DNA of 64,000 nt from Heterodontus francisci (taxonomy: Eukaryota): contig NC_090373.1 in assembly GCF_036365525.1 (NCBI RefSeq), positions 98,241,461-98,305,460 of the forward strand. Reading direction: 5' to 3'. Shown piece by piece: positions 12,701 to 25,386 of the stretch; position 1 is the stretch's first letter; each line of letters starts with the position of its first letter. The translations under genes were made by a program, and so were the position numbers. Under the pieces are notes generated by a model that was given only the letters and a program-made list of their open reading frames with translations, was not told the origin of the DNA and searched no databases.

Positions 12701-14010
12701 CTTATACTGAGTCCTCATGTGGTCTGTGCAACCTGCATATTCTATGGTGGTGGTGGGGGTAATATCTAATTGTGTTCCTCCTCCTTCAGTTCTGCCAGAC
12801 TCTGCTTTGTTCCATCCTTTGCTGCTCTTCTTCTATGTAAGAGTGTGCCATAGGAAAGCAATACTTACAAAGGTCTCATTGTGGGTAGGAGGATGGGGAA
12901 GGGGTGGGTGGGGAGATGGGTACAGTTTAAAATAACCCAGTAGTCTCACCCTGTCAGAAATGGTGAGAGCAAGACAAGGTCTATCTTGGCAAAATGGCAA
13001 AGAAATCAGTGCACAAAGTGTTTCCCAGCTGCAAAAATCATTCCACATCCTTCAGGCTCTGAAATCTCCTCATTTCCAAGTGTCTGAACTGATCCTGGCA
13101 GCAGCTGTGCTCTATAAATCTTGTTCTGAGCTACTCCCAGAGCTTTGTGACTGTAAAAGCACAAAACTCAGAGCTGCAATGTCATTGGCCCTCAAATGGC
13201 TCAATTTCTGATTCTGCTCAAAACAGTCCCCAGAACAGTAAACAAATTCACCCCATTTTAAATGTGTATCAAAACAGCTTATAAGTGACCAAGGTAATGC
13301 GGCACTAAATTGGTGATCTTCCTTAAGTTTCCTGTTGTCTGAAAGAATCCAATGGCAAAAAACAAAATTGATTGCAAACAATTTTTGCTGGAATGAGCAG
13401 TGCCTTTGCGAAGTGTCTTTGTGTTTACAGATTGATACCACTATTCCACCAATAGTTCACTGAGATATAGCCTCCTCGCACATCACACCTGAGGGTAGCT
13501 CTTCCATTTATGGTAGAAATGCAGCTTGATGCAGTGCTAAATCCTAGTCATCCTTCTATGGTCATGCACCTCCCTGGCCTTCCTCTGATGCTTTTTCAAT
13601 CTCTTTCTCCTCATGTTCAGCATGGTGCGATTGGTGCTTTTGCTGCTTTGCAGACCAAAACAGTTGTGTTTCTCCTTTCAATGTCACCTGTTCTGCTGCA
13701 TTCCATCTTGGATATCAATAGACTCTCTACACTACCTTCATACCAACTTTCCTGGAGTGGTACTTAATATTGTTTTGCTGGAAAACAAACATAAACAAAT
13801 TTGCATGTTGCTGAGTAACAGCCCAAAAAAGTTAACATTGAGACTCTGCATTAACAAGTTAAACAGTTCAGTGCCAGGAGGAATTTTGAGTATGGGCAAA
13901 AATAAGCACATTATTAGTGTTACCTAAGGATTAGCACACACTTAGTATGAGTTAACTCCAATGTTCGGAGGAAGTTCACCCTCAAAGATCTCTACAATTG
14001 TCTCTTTTAG

Positions 14011-14176
14011 GAAAGAGAGAATGAGTTTCAGTTGCAAAGATTTCTACAACTTCCATTTAAAGAACAGAAAAAGAATTGGCATATTGAAGAACTGAATGGG
14101 AGCGGACAAAGAAGAAAAGTGACAGAACAAGAATTTAATGAAGAAGAATTGAGGGAAATGCATGTGTTATGGACAG
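14011..14176 (+). CDS. Candidate internal coding exon (unknown protein)
   Basis: attgtctcttttag| acceptor; purine-rich 55-codon open frame ERENEFQLQRFLQLP..EEELREMHVLWT; CAG|gtggat donor, with a stop just beyond it. Confidence 0.35.
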
Positions 14177-14239
14177 GTGGATGATGGTCTGGCTGGTTTC
14201 CGCTGTTCACCTCCCAACTGACAGCAAATAGTGTTCTTG

Positions 14240-15248
14240 TGTTACTAGTGTTTCAACCCCTGTGTTTTACTTGCTAAATAAACAGACAGTGACAGGTTTG
14301 CTTGTAGGTTTAAAACAGAAGATTAACTATTTATTAAACAATATTCATTTCCTGAAATGTTCACAACATCACTCACGCATGCATTCACTCTAACATGCAA
14401 ACTCAAGAGAAGGTAGAATGTAAAAGTCTGTCGTTTCAGAAAAAATCTGTGGGATCCACTTGGAAGGTGGATTTTACAGTTGCAGGCCTGGTTGCTGGTT
14501 GTCTTGTAATTAATGGGCTGTTGCTGCCTTCTGAAAGTCCACTTTGGGTTGAAGACAGTGCTGATGGCTTAGTTCAATCCTCACAGGTAGAACAGTAGTT
14601 TTTACAAAGGCTGTCTCTTGTGTCTGTTGTAGCTGACTTCTAACTTGTCTCAGCAGAGTTCAATTGTGTTGGCTAGAACAGATCTCTCTCTCTCAGCCTT
14701 GCTGGAATTCAAGATGGCTTTAAATGTTTTTTTTGTGTGGCTGAGGAGAGATCAAGAGTCCAGACTAATCTTGACGTCTGAAGTTCTGTGCTGGCAAGAC
14801 TCCCCACTTTGTTCGTCAAAATTATTACCTTTTAAGGTGAACTTATAAGTGTCAGTTTTGTCCGTGTGACTTTAGGTTTCAGTTCTTGTTGGGCTGCACA
14901 ATGGCCTTTTAATGGCCTCATTTTGAGGATATGAGGGCTGTTCACACCCCATTGTAGTGAAGGTTAGTTGGAGACTAAAAGTCTGGGGAATGCCTTTGTC
15001 TGAGTTTGTTTGAGTATAGCTCACATCCATGTGTGATTATCTGTCTTATTTCCATGGAGATGGAGTTGATTGGTTTACAGTCTTAGTAGACACTGGATAT
15101 GGATTACACTGCAGGAGGTGGTATGTGTCATGAGTTGTCCTCCATTTTGTTGACAGCCAATGTCCCAATCTTTTAAATTTGTTCTAAATTTTATAACTTT
15201 TCGGTTGGTTTCTGTATTTTCTTCGCTGCACTCCTCATGAACATGACA
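14240..15248 (-). mobile_element. Solo LTR (Gypsy-type, ~1.0 kb)
   Basis: Minus strand TGTCATG...GTAACA; 4-bp TSD CTTG (14236-39 / 15249-52); AATAAA near the 3' end. Confidence 0.85.
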
Positions 15249-15937
15249 CTTGAGTATCTGGATGAGAACAAAAACAAAATTACCATGAGCTTTCTCTTCA
15301 TACCTATACATTCAATCTAAATTCTTGGAGACTTTTTATGTCAATCATGCAGTCAAGTTTTGATTCTGAGGAGAAGCTTCCCCATGGATGTGATGTAAAT
15401 ACAGTCTGCTATATGTCTACCACATGAGCTATTCAGAGAGGATATGGAACATGTGGCTGGAATAAGCATTGTAATATATAACAGAAAAATTTACTGTACT
15501 TGTCACAAACAGAAGCATGCTCTTTATTTTTTATTCACTGAAACAGGGAGTAAACATCAGTGGACCAAACACTCTGACCATTCTTACATATGTCCATCTA
15601 TTGAGTGTATTGCCAATTGACCACACTGTCAATTGAGGTCAGTGAATGTCAGTAAAATATGTGCTATGATGAACCACATGAAACATAAATGTCTACATGC
15701 AACTAGAGATGGGTATTGCACCAGACAAAATTCCAATTCTGACGAACTTTGGCTTCAAATGAATGAGATTCCTTTTGTAAAACTAAGCTTTCTCCACGCA
15801 TCTAGTAAGCTAACTGACTGACTACGTGTTTCTTTGTCCTTCTCACATCTTCCTCCTTCAGTGATTCTCCAGTAGCTCTATCAATACAACCAGCTATCTC
15901 TTTCCTTTTTAGATTTTCGGTCTCAAAAAATTGTTTC

Positions 15938-16274
15938 TTTATTTAGAGATACAGCACTGAAACAGGCCCTTCGGCCCACTGTGTCTGCACCGACCAACAA
16001 CCACCCATTTATACTACTCCTACATTAATCCCATATTCCCTACCATATCCCCACCATTCTCCTACCACCTACCTACACTAGGGGCAATTTACAATGGCCA
16101 ATTTACCTATCAACCTGCAAGTCTTTGGCTGTGGGAGGAAACCAGAGCACCCGGCAGAAACCCACATGGTCACAGGGAGAACTTGCAAACTCTGCATAGG
16201 CAGTACCCAGAACTAAACCCAGGTCGCTGGAGCTGTGAGGCTGCGGTGCTAACCACTGCGCCACTGTGCCACCC
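15938..16274 (-). mobile_element. HE1-like tRNA-derived V-SINE
   Basis: tRNA-like head (ggcacagtggcgcagtggttagcac..gggtt), V-domain core (gagtttgcaagttctccctg..gtttcctcccac) and CR1-type tail; same family as 54576-54908. Confidence 0.9.
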
Positions 16275-16599
16275 TCAAAATTCTTAAAATTCTAGTCTCA
16301 AAATTAATACAGCCATCCTGACTTGATGCATCTCTGTTGAGACAATTGGTTTTCATTGTTGCCATTTGAAGTGGACTCTCAGCTGTGGCATTCCAGAAAC
16401 TGGTTCATCTAGTTTTAGAACACAACCTCACTGCCTTCAGCCTCTTTTTTTAAAAAACACTTATTCTCAAATCCTTACTGCAAAAAAAATTTAAATATTC
16501 CAAACATGACAGTGTCATTAATAGAAAGTGACAGATCAGGGCCTGAATGAAAGAAAAAAAATGGGATAATGTATATCTGAGAGAAAAATAAGCTAGCTT

Positions 16600-18659
16600 A
16601 AGCTAACAATGCATCCGCTGCCTGGACTGTTTAAGGAGAGCACTCCAGTACATGCTGTAGTGGGTCTCCAGTAGTCTGCTGCATCCTCTATAACATCACC
16701 ATCATCAGCCGCTGCTGCCAGGTATCTGGGGGCCATCTCGAGAGGAGGAAAAGGACGGAGAAGGATGCATCTGGGACCCCTTTGCTCCAGACAGGCTGTC
16801 TGAGAGCAGCTGCTCAGACTCCATTCCCATAGGAGAGTTTCCATTCAACACCGTGGTTCCACCATTCCCCTTCCATCTGCCTCTTTGCCACGTCCCCTTG
16901 GCCAAGATCTAGCAATAAAAGCCACCAGCAATAGCCTTACCAGAGTTCCTTCTAAGCTGTGCGGGTGCACAGCCACACAGCAATTGGGAATATGCTGCGC
17001 AGATAGCAAACAGGTCATACACAAGCAACATTTCCTTTGTGGTGCATGGATGTGCGGCTGCATGTCAAGCTTCAAAGGACCACACAGCGAAACAAGCCAG
17101 CCATGCACAGCAAACGGAAGTTCAAAGGAACATTGAACCGTTGGATAACATCTTTATCCAAAAACACATCCAGTTAGACAAATAGAAATGTTTCACCCTA
17201 GTCACCCTTGTGCATTCTCTTAATGTCTGTCTTGCAGGTGCCTTTGCCTGACCTAGTTCTCCTACACAGTGCTGTCCCAGTGGCTGCAGCATGGCTGCTG
17301 GAAGGCTGCTGACTTTCAGTGGGGTCACTGCAGATGGCCTCGCAAGACGCCCTTGAGCAGCTCTGGGCCTTGACTGGCTTTGGACTGCACCACCTTGACA
17401 TGGAAGGTAGCAGTCTGGGCTGGTTGGCTGAGAGGCAACAGCAAGGGCATTGGTGGAGTGACAGTGGTGGGAGCACGAATGCTCCTGAGAGAGGACAGCA
17501 GGTTTGTTCTTCAAGGTGCCATGCCACTCGCATGGGGCAGCACCTCAGCAATCCTAGCAATCCGCTGGTGGACAGATTGGTGAACTGCCAAGAGAGCCTG
17601 AATGCCCTTTCAGCACTGAGATCCACAGCCATGATGGCAGCAGTCTGAGCCTGCATAACAACAATCTGAGATTTCATGATCTCCGCCTGAGCTTCCTCTG
17701 CAGCATTAAAAGGTTGGGTGGCTTCCGCCTGTGCTTCAATGGAAGCTGAGACAGCGGCCACCAGACTCTGCATCTGGTTGGGTCCACAAGTGTTGTCATG
17801 GGGTTGGCTACCACTTCTACGCTGGAAAGACTGGGCTCCAAGCTCTGCACAATGCAATGTGCCATATTGGAGTTGGACTCCTCTATGCTCCTTGACAGTG
17901 ACACGAGTCTGTTTGACAGACCAGCCAATGCATGTTCATCGGTGTTCTCCTGTAGGCCACCCCATTGAAGTCCTCATCTGTGTCCCCTGGAGCAGAACTC
18001 ACTTGTGACCTCACCCTCTGCTCAGCTAGTACACAAATATCCATTTCCCTGGCCTGGCTGACGCCACTCATGCTCAGTAACTCACCATGTGCAGATTCCG
18101 ATTCTGTACTGGCCTAGAAAGCTCATGCAATGCTAGTATCTGAGCTCGTGGCTGCGACTATGAGATCAAGTGATGGCGCTTCGTCATTGGTGGTGTGATT
18201 GCTTTCTCTCCTTAAGGGCCTCCAGTCCCTCTGTGGAAACCTGGCCTCTTTCCTCCTTCCGACCTCCTGGACTAAGGCCTCCAGTGCCACATTTGAGAAC
18301 CTGAGAGCCCTCTCTCTTGGCTGTTGCTCCATTTAGTGCCCTTTTCCTTACAGTCACTTACAGAACAAGCAGTCAACAGCAGTTTCCTTATAATGAGTGC
18401 AGCTTCCCCTTAAGAGGGGCTGACTGCCTTTAAGAGGTGCAGGTTAGCTGGAACACATGCTGGCCACCCACGCAGCTCGGCCTCCTATTGAGTGTTCAGC
18501 TGGCCAGCAGCGTGGTTCACATTCGGCTGAACACTACAATTATTCAAATGATGTGGCACATGAAGTTTGCACATTGCCCGCCTCAATGGGATCGGGAACG
18601 GGCTAATGGCAAATCGCAACTTCCGTGCCTGAAAACAGGAGCAAACCCATTTTTAGCCC
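16600..18659 (-). mobile_element. Harbinger element remnant with Myb/SANT gene
   Basis: MEQQPRERALRFSNVALEALVQEV (from 18332) plus low-complexity C-terminal ORFs at 17198-18070; ..ttttagccc TIR at the right end; left boundary approximate. Confidence 0.7.
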
Positions 18660-19007
18660 TTTATGTTTAACAATTTTCATAGATCCCACTATCTGGATAC
18701 TGACATAATGGCTATCAGGCATGCCTATAGAATTATATCATCTGTTCTTCAGCATAGTATGTTTTTACGGGATCAGGAAAAATGGAATTTTTAAATTACT
18801 GCTCAATGTTGTCAGTGTGAGTCACTGGAAGTCTGTCCAACTGTAAAGTAACTACAAAAGCATGTTACCATATGCAGTCTTTACTTAGACTTTTTATTCA
18901 GACAAAACAGAATGAATTGTACAGAGAATATGACTGAGGTTATCATAGTGCATTTTGTCTTCACATCTTAGTCTACACTGTAAGGATTGTGGCTAGAGTA
19001 CACATAC

Positions 19008-19126
19008 AAGGGCTTCCGTCTGGTGAATTTGCCTTTTGGCAATGGTTTTTTCTCACTCCTGGAGACGGATTCCTCATCAGTACGAATGCTTGTCTGCTTT
19101 CCATCAATGCTGTCTGGTTCACTTTC
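19008..19126 (-). CDS. Candidate internal coding exon (unknown protein)
   Basis: ttacatttctacag| ESEPDSIDGKQTSIRTDEESVSRSEKKPLPKGKFTRRKP |gtatgt; 119 nt, phase 0-2, in non-repetitive DNA. Confidence 0.4.
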
Positions 19127-19524
19127 CTGTAGAAATGTAAGCCATAAAAATAGTAACTATCTGGAACAGTTTTACAGAAGATGTTTTCATTCAGTTTTAC
19201 TGCAAAGGGAAGATATCCCTATAGACCACTGACAAATGTAGATCAAAGCTACTTAATCAGTCCCTACAGACACACAAACACACACACTCAAGGAAATACA
19301 AATATTTTTGGTATTAGTAATAGAAGAAACCATAAAAAGGCTTGTATGCTTTATCTAGAAAGCAATAAATTAGGTTGCAGTAACATATTGTTTAAAAATA
19401 ATTAACTAGTTTGATGTAAGTGTATCAAAATACATATTCCTGCTTTAAATACATATTAATGATTCTCCATGTATTTTGCTAATGGGAAACCAATACAATT
19501 TTATAATTTGGCGTCAGACTGTAC

Positions 19525-20464
19525 TCTTACGACCAAGTGAGAAAGGTGTCTAGGGGTCCCTTTTAACCTTCACCTGATCTTATTGTAACAGGGTTTAATT
19601 TCAAACACACTGTTTTGAGCTCCCCCTTGGTGAATCCTTGTTCACTGCATTCCAATTATAAGGCAAAGAAATGAGCACAAACAGGCTTCCTTAGGTTTAA
19701 AGAAGAAAAGTGTAATTTATTAACACTTAAACTTAAACTCTAATTTGGTTAACGCCCACGGTTACATGCCATGCCCCATGCCAGCATGCATACGCAATAC
19801 GTGCATGCAACTAGAGACAGAAAAGAGCAGAAGAAAAATAAAGTGGAGACGTTTGAAGCAATATCAGAAGAGCTTTTTGTTACTGTGCTTCGAGCTCACT
19901 GTAGGCCTTTTGTAGGTAGTCTTGCTTGTAGGTAATTCTTGCTTTTTGTTGGGGCCCAGTATTCATCTTAAACCTTGTTCACTGTCGGAGACTTTTCTCT
20001 CTTAGGGTTCCTGTGCCTTCAATGGATTCCAAAGCTGGTGAGAAAGAGATGAGCAGACAGGAGAGAGGTCTTTTCAGTCCAGGAGCAAACAGCTTTCTGA
20101 GTTTTAAAAGTCTGTGGCAAGTTCAAATTCAAAAAAACTCCAACAGCCAGTTAGTCATGTGACTAAACTGGTCTGACCATGTCTGTTTGTGTATTCGGCC
20201 ATCTTAGCAGTTAACCTGGAATACTAGCCTCTCCACCTTCAACATCAGGTAATCAAAAGTCCATTGTGGATTAAATTGGAGCAGGGAGTGGTCCCTTTGT
20301 CCTTTCCATGTACTGTCTGTTACTATGCAAATGTCTTTCCAGTCAAGGATCTGGTGGGTTTTTTTAAAAACAAGTTCTTTCTTTACTCCTGTAACAGTTT
20401 AAAAATCAATGTTCATGTGGCAAAATTAATGTCTCATTCTTGGCAGGTGGGGGCCTACATGACC
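19525..20464 (-). mobile_element. Solo LTR (~940 bp)
   Basis: Termini are one-base variants of TGTCATG...GTAACA; 4-bp TSD GTAC (19521-24 / 20465-68); inverted homologue at 31160-32155. Confidence 0.85.
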
Positions 20465-20669
20465 GTACGATGAGAGATTCTGCAACCTGGTGCTTAACAG
20501 TAGTGGGTGGTAATCATGGGCTATACACTCATTGTAATCCCTGTAGGTGCCACTCCCCACTTAGGGCATCAGATTACAGAATAGCCGTTAGAATTTTTAA
20601 GACTATCTGTGCTACAGATTCTTAATTGATTATTTCAACTTTATTTGTTTGAATGAATTCTGCTACAAA

Positions 20670-20990
20670 GGACTCAGATGAGGGCTTCAATGGACTGGCA
20701 AACAGAAGAACGTTGATGAGCAAGTGCATCAAGATGTCTGTTGCATCAGCAGGCCTGCCAGACAGTCTATTGTAACTGTTAAGGAGCATGGAGGAGTCCA
20801 GCTTCAATATGGCACATGGCAGCACGCAGAGCTTGGAGCCCATACTTTCCAGAGTGGAAACGGTGGCCAACTCTATGATAGCACTTGTGGATCCACCCAT
20901 GGTACGGCATCTAGTCTTAACTGCAGCACAGGCAGATGTCACCCAACATATCAGTGCCGCAGTAGAAACCCAGCTGGAAATGAGACTGTG
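20670..20990 (+). mobile_element. Harbinger Myb/SANT gene C-terminal fragment
   Basis: MEESSFNMAHG.TQSLEPILSRVE matches 17770-17930 on the opposite strand. Confidence 0.7.
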
Positions 20991-21004
20991 ACAAAGGTAA
21001 ACTT

Positions 21005-21760
21005 TCCCTCCTCATCCTTCTCAACCAGTCTGTAGACTTTGACACGGTTGACTGCACCATCCTCCTCCAACACCACTCCACTGTCGTCCAGCTGGGTGGG
21101 ACTGCTCTCACCTGGTTGCATTCTTATCTATTTAAATTAAGCCCGAGAATCCCTTGTAATGGCTTCTCTTTCCTGCTCCCGCACCAGTACCTCTGGTGTA
21201 GAGGCCTGCTACCCGACCCGAACCCGACGGGACCCGACGACATGTCTTGGGCTCGGGCTCGGGTCGGACCAAGTCCAGGTCGAGTTGGGTCGGATCAGGC
21301 CGGACACACATGGTAAGTGCTCTGCTGGTAAGTATTAAAAATAAAAAACTTACCTGAGCTGGGAGTCAGGGATTATGACGTCATCGCGCATGCGCTGCAG
21401 CTTCTTGCAGGTTCGGTGTCAGGAAGGTGAATAAAGGGATGGTCGGGTCGGGTCGGGTCGGGTCGGGTCGAGTAGTGGCAGGTTTGGGTCGAGTCGGGCT
21501 TGGGGCAAAATCGGAGGGACTTGGGCCGGGTCAGGCTCGGGTCCGCTGTGGTTCGCTCGGGTTTGGGTCGGGTTTGTTTTCCCGACCTAAAGCAGGCCTC
21601 TACTCTGGTGTCCTCCTAGGATCTATCCTTGGCCCCCTCCTGTTTCTCATCGACATGCTGCCCCTCGACGACATCATCCAAAAGCACAGTGTTAGTATTC
21701 ACATGTATGCTGGCAACACTCAGCTCTACCTCATCACCTCTTCTCTTGTCTTCTCCACTC
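21005..21760 (+). mobile_element. L2 RT fragment split by a hAT MITE
   Basis: FDTVD and [24 protein letters not shown] (decayed YADDTQLY). Confidence 0.8.
21199..21602. mobile_element. hAT-superfamily MITE (404 bp)
   Basis: Perfect 12-bp TIR TAGAGGCCTGCT / AGCAGGCCTCTA; 8-bp TSD CTCTGGTG (21191-98 / 21603-10); subterminal GGGTC/GACCC repeats. Confidence 0.92.
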
Positions 21761-21915
21761 AGGATAAAGGCATTATGGCTGCTTCCAGGCTAGCGGGCAT
21801 TCACTGACATGATGGTCTGGACATGATCACACACCAACTGCACATTAATGGAGCGGAACCTTTTGTGGGGCCCACAGAGCCACACTTGTGCACCATTGGG
21901 AATCCCACTACACTG

Positions 21916-22580
21916 TGTCATGCAGACTCCCACCTGCCAAGAATGAGGCATATTAATTTAATCATATGAACATTAACTTTAAACTGTTGCTGGAGTGAAA
22001 AAATGACTTGTTAAAGAGATCACCAGACATTTGGGCTGGAAGGATGTTTGCATACTAAGAGACAGTGCTTGTGGAGATAAGCACTACTCCCTGAATCCAA
22101 TTAACCCAAATGGATTTTGATCACCTGACATTGAAGATGTAAGGAAGCACAATCCAGGGACTGCTAAGATGATACAATCCACAAACACATGACTGACCTG
22201 CTGGCCAACTTTGAGTTGAATTGTGCCACACAGAAATGAACAGAAGGCAATTTGTAACCGAAGCTGGAACAAGGAAGCCGCTCTACTGGCTGTCTCTCTC
22301 TCACTTTCCCCCAAGCCACCGGACCCACGGAAGACACCTAAACCTCAAGAGAGAAAAGACTCCGACATCGAAACAAGTTGAAGCATGCACTGGGCCCCAA
22401 CGAATTGCAGGACTTACCGGCAATCAAAGACTCCACATTGAACTTAAAAGGACTGTAATTATAACCCAGATATTGCCTCAAACTTTTCCCCTTTATTCTT
22501 TTCTACTTTTTCTGTCTCTATTTGTGTGTGTGTTTATCACGTATGCATGCTAGTGTGGTCGCATGGTTAACCAGATTAGA
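21916..22580 (+). mobile_element. 3'-truncated LTR related to 19525-20464
   Basis: Starts tgtcatgcagactcccacctgccaagaatgag, like the 20464 end; shares the ..gtatgcatgctag.. segment. Confidence 0.7.
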
Positions 22581-23441
22581 GCATTACCCCTGTGCAAGGT
22601 GGAGTTTGAAGAAGTGTTCCCAGAAAACCCTTGATGGATAGTGCCTTCTGTGGGGATCCCTCCTCCTTTTGTGTAATGTTTTCCCTCTCTGCAGCTTCAG
22701 CTCCATTTCCCTGTCATGTTGCAGACCCATAGGGACTGAAAATATGGCAACCATAACTGTAGCAGCCTTTCTGTTGATAGGTTACCAAACTCCTCTGCCC
22801 TCCCTGTCAGGATGTAGCAATACTCCCTTCCAAATCCAACAAGTCACCAGAACTCCTCCAAAAATACACTACAGTACTTCCAGAAGCTTTGCCAGAGTAA
22901 CAGTAGTCAGAAGCACCTGACTTGCAAGTTTTTGGATGACTGGCTTTTTAAATAGCCAGGGTGGGGGGAGGGTGGTTCTCTCTTGAAGCTGAATGCATTT
23001 CCAGCTGTGAGTGATTAGGAGAGGGCATTCTCTTCTCCAGCACAGTCTAAGTTTCCAGAACATGCATCAAATCAATCTGATAGGCTGTTAGACATCACGA
23101 TCTGTCAAAGCTTCCAGTGCATCCATGGCATGCCCACACTCACATCCTTCCCATCATGGGATGCTGCACAGGCCACACCATAAGTGGAAATGCTGCATCC
23201 ACCATTTTGAGGGCCTGTGGCTTCCATAGCGCTGGCTCCGGCGGTAACATGGAGCCTAATTTTGCAGCCAAGTTCTGCACATATTTGGAATATGAAGATT
23301 GATTGTTAAAGTATCATGGTTTGTAGAATTGGGCAGGGAGCCCATTGGTTTCTGGGGCCTTTTCTATATTGGGCCGAACTATCCTTATAATTACCCTTTA
23401 ACTTTATTTGAGCTCTTTTATTTAATAGTTACAAGTAGGGC

Positions 23442-23610
23442 CAGTGTTCCCGCTAAGCTGCACATGTGCACTGCAGCCTGGAAGGTACTGTGCAGGTCTT
23501 GTCCTGTGTTCAATACCATGCAGGTGCGGCTACGGTTGCACAAAAGATTTTAAAAGTACCATGCATTTAAAAAACTGGCCCCACACAACAACTTTGTAAA
23601 GGGAACATTG
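23442..23610. mobile_element. Short hAT-type MITE
   Basis: TIR cagtgttccc / gggaacattg; TSD imperfect. Confidence 0.5.
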
Positions 23611-24405
23611 GTGGGGACATGGTACACTGTGGGATAAATATCAGAAACCATTTTTTCTTGTAATTAACAATGTTAATGTCAAATTGAGTTACTATTGTAA
23701 ATTAATTATTTTTACGCAAAGAAGCCATATTGTTCTCATAAAGTAAAAAAAAAAGTTGTGTCAAGAAGAAATCTGAGATGAATGCTGACAGATTTCCTGT
23801 TAAGATCATTTCCACGGATTGGAGCAATTATTCTTTTTATCAATGAAGATACTACCTAAGTCTGGGATGCGTAGCACTAGTTATAATTCTCTTCCATGAT
23901 ATGAATGGAGTTTATTATGTACTCATACAATGTTTCAGACTAATGTGTTATGGAGGATAGAGTGCAGGCGTAAACGTGATCCCCTCTATATATCTCAGTC
24001 ATGTTACTGTGAGGAGGCACTGAGCAAAGGCCAGATGCTTTTGCATAGAAAGAAAAAATAGACACCATTTGAAGGGTCCTGGGAACAGCCCATTTACTCA
24101 TCTTCATGGGCAAGTAATATGTATGGCACAGAGAGACTTGTGTTGACATCACAGCGTGTGACACAGCATGAGCAAAGGACATCTGAATGGAAGGAGTTTA
24201 TCTGTAGTTCACTTTGTCCCTTTAATAATACAAGGATTGACTGGATCAGATAAATGATTTTTTTATTATTATGCTGAATAAAAATATTTTCTGAACTCAA
24301 TTCAGATATATGCAACTGACTATCATGAAGATTATATTTCTTACAGACCATATAATAAAAGAGCACCTCAATAATGCACAAAATAAATCTTTGTTCCCAT
24401 TGCAG

Positions 24406-24460
24406 ACACAAGAAGTGGACAACATACAACAGGCTTCATGAAATTCTTGCCCATCATTAA
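24406..24460 (+). CDS. Candidate small exon
   Basis: tctttgttcccattgcag| ... |gtatgt; the only open frame is phase 1-2 (TRSGQHTTGFMKFLPII). Confidence 0.2.
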
Positions 24461-24763
24461 GTATGTATTTCCCACTTATTTTTATTAAAAGGTAGATCTA
24501 CTCATCGTATTCGGATTTACAAAGGAAAAAATGTCATGCATCTGAAGTGTGTAACAGGCAAGAGTTGTTCTAATGCATTATTACTCTTAATTAATAATAC
24601 TTGCACAGACCAACATGAACTGAGACTCACACTGCAAATATAAATATAGAACTTTGAAAATGTGAAGGGCTTTTTGTGAATGTCTTGGCTGCACAAAATA
24701 AAAATGAATAACTTCATGCATTACTAATAACATAATGTTAAAATGTCACGTGAGGGTTCAGCT

Positions 24764-25020
24764 TGTTGTATGATTGCCTTTAAGAGTGATCTCCCTTTAA
24801 AATCTTAGTATGCTAATGAGCTAAGCACCATGATGTAGTCATGTGACTCGAAGCCAGCCTCACTCTGCGACTGTAACACCCAGAGTAAGGTTCTGTAATT
24901 AGTTTTTTCTGTACTGTATATAATAGTTTAGCTGTAATAAACCTGTTTGAGATCTTCAGCAAAACTGGACTCCACACATCTCATTTATGTTGCATCAGAC
25001 AACATAAAGAACTCATTACA
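24764..25020 (+). mobile_element. Short solo LTR (257 bp)
   Basis: TGTTGT...TTACA, internal AATAAA, 5-bp TSD CAGCT. Confidence 0.85.
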
Positions 25021-25145
25021 CAGCTGAATGTAATGAATCACACAGGTGCTCTATGGGTGGTGACTATTGCAGATTTTTAATACAATATGGGAAAGGTAAA
25101 CTTCCTAACTAAATGTAAGATTTGACATTTTTTTTAACTAGGTGA

Positions 25146-25386
25146 TGTAATGAGTTCTTTATGGTGTCTTATGCAACATAAATGAGATGCACAGAGTCCA
25201 GTTTGCTGAAGATCTCTAACAGCTTTATTAACAGCTAAATTAGTATGTACAGTACAGAGTCTTCCTCCAGATGTTACAATTGCAAAGTGACTCTGGTTTT
25301 GAGTCACATGACTAAATCCTGGTACTTAGCTAATTAGCGTACTGAGATCTTTAAGGGACATTGCTCTTAAAGGCAATAATACAACA
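25146..25386 (-). mobile_element. Short solo LTR, same family, inverted
   Basis: Reverse-complement homologue of 24764-25020; flanks ggtga / tgtga. Confidence 0.8.

Noticed and set aside
16200-16274. tRNA gene
   Set aside because: It is the tRNA-derived head of a V-SINE (also at 54835-54908).
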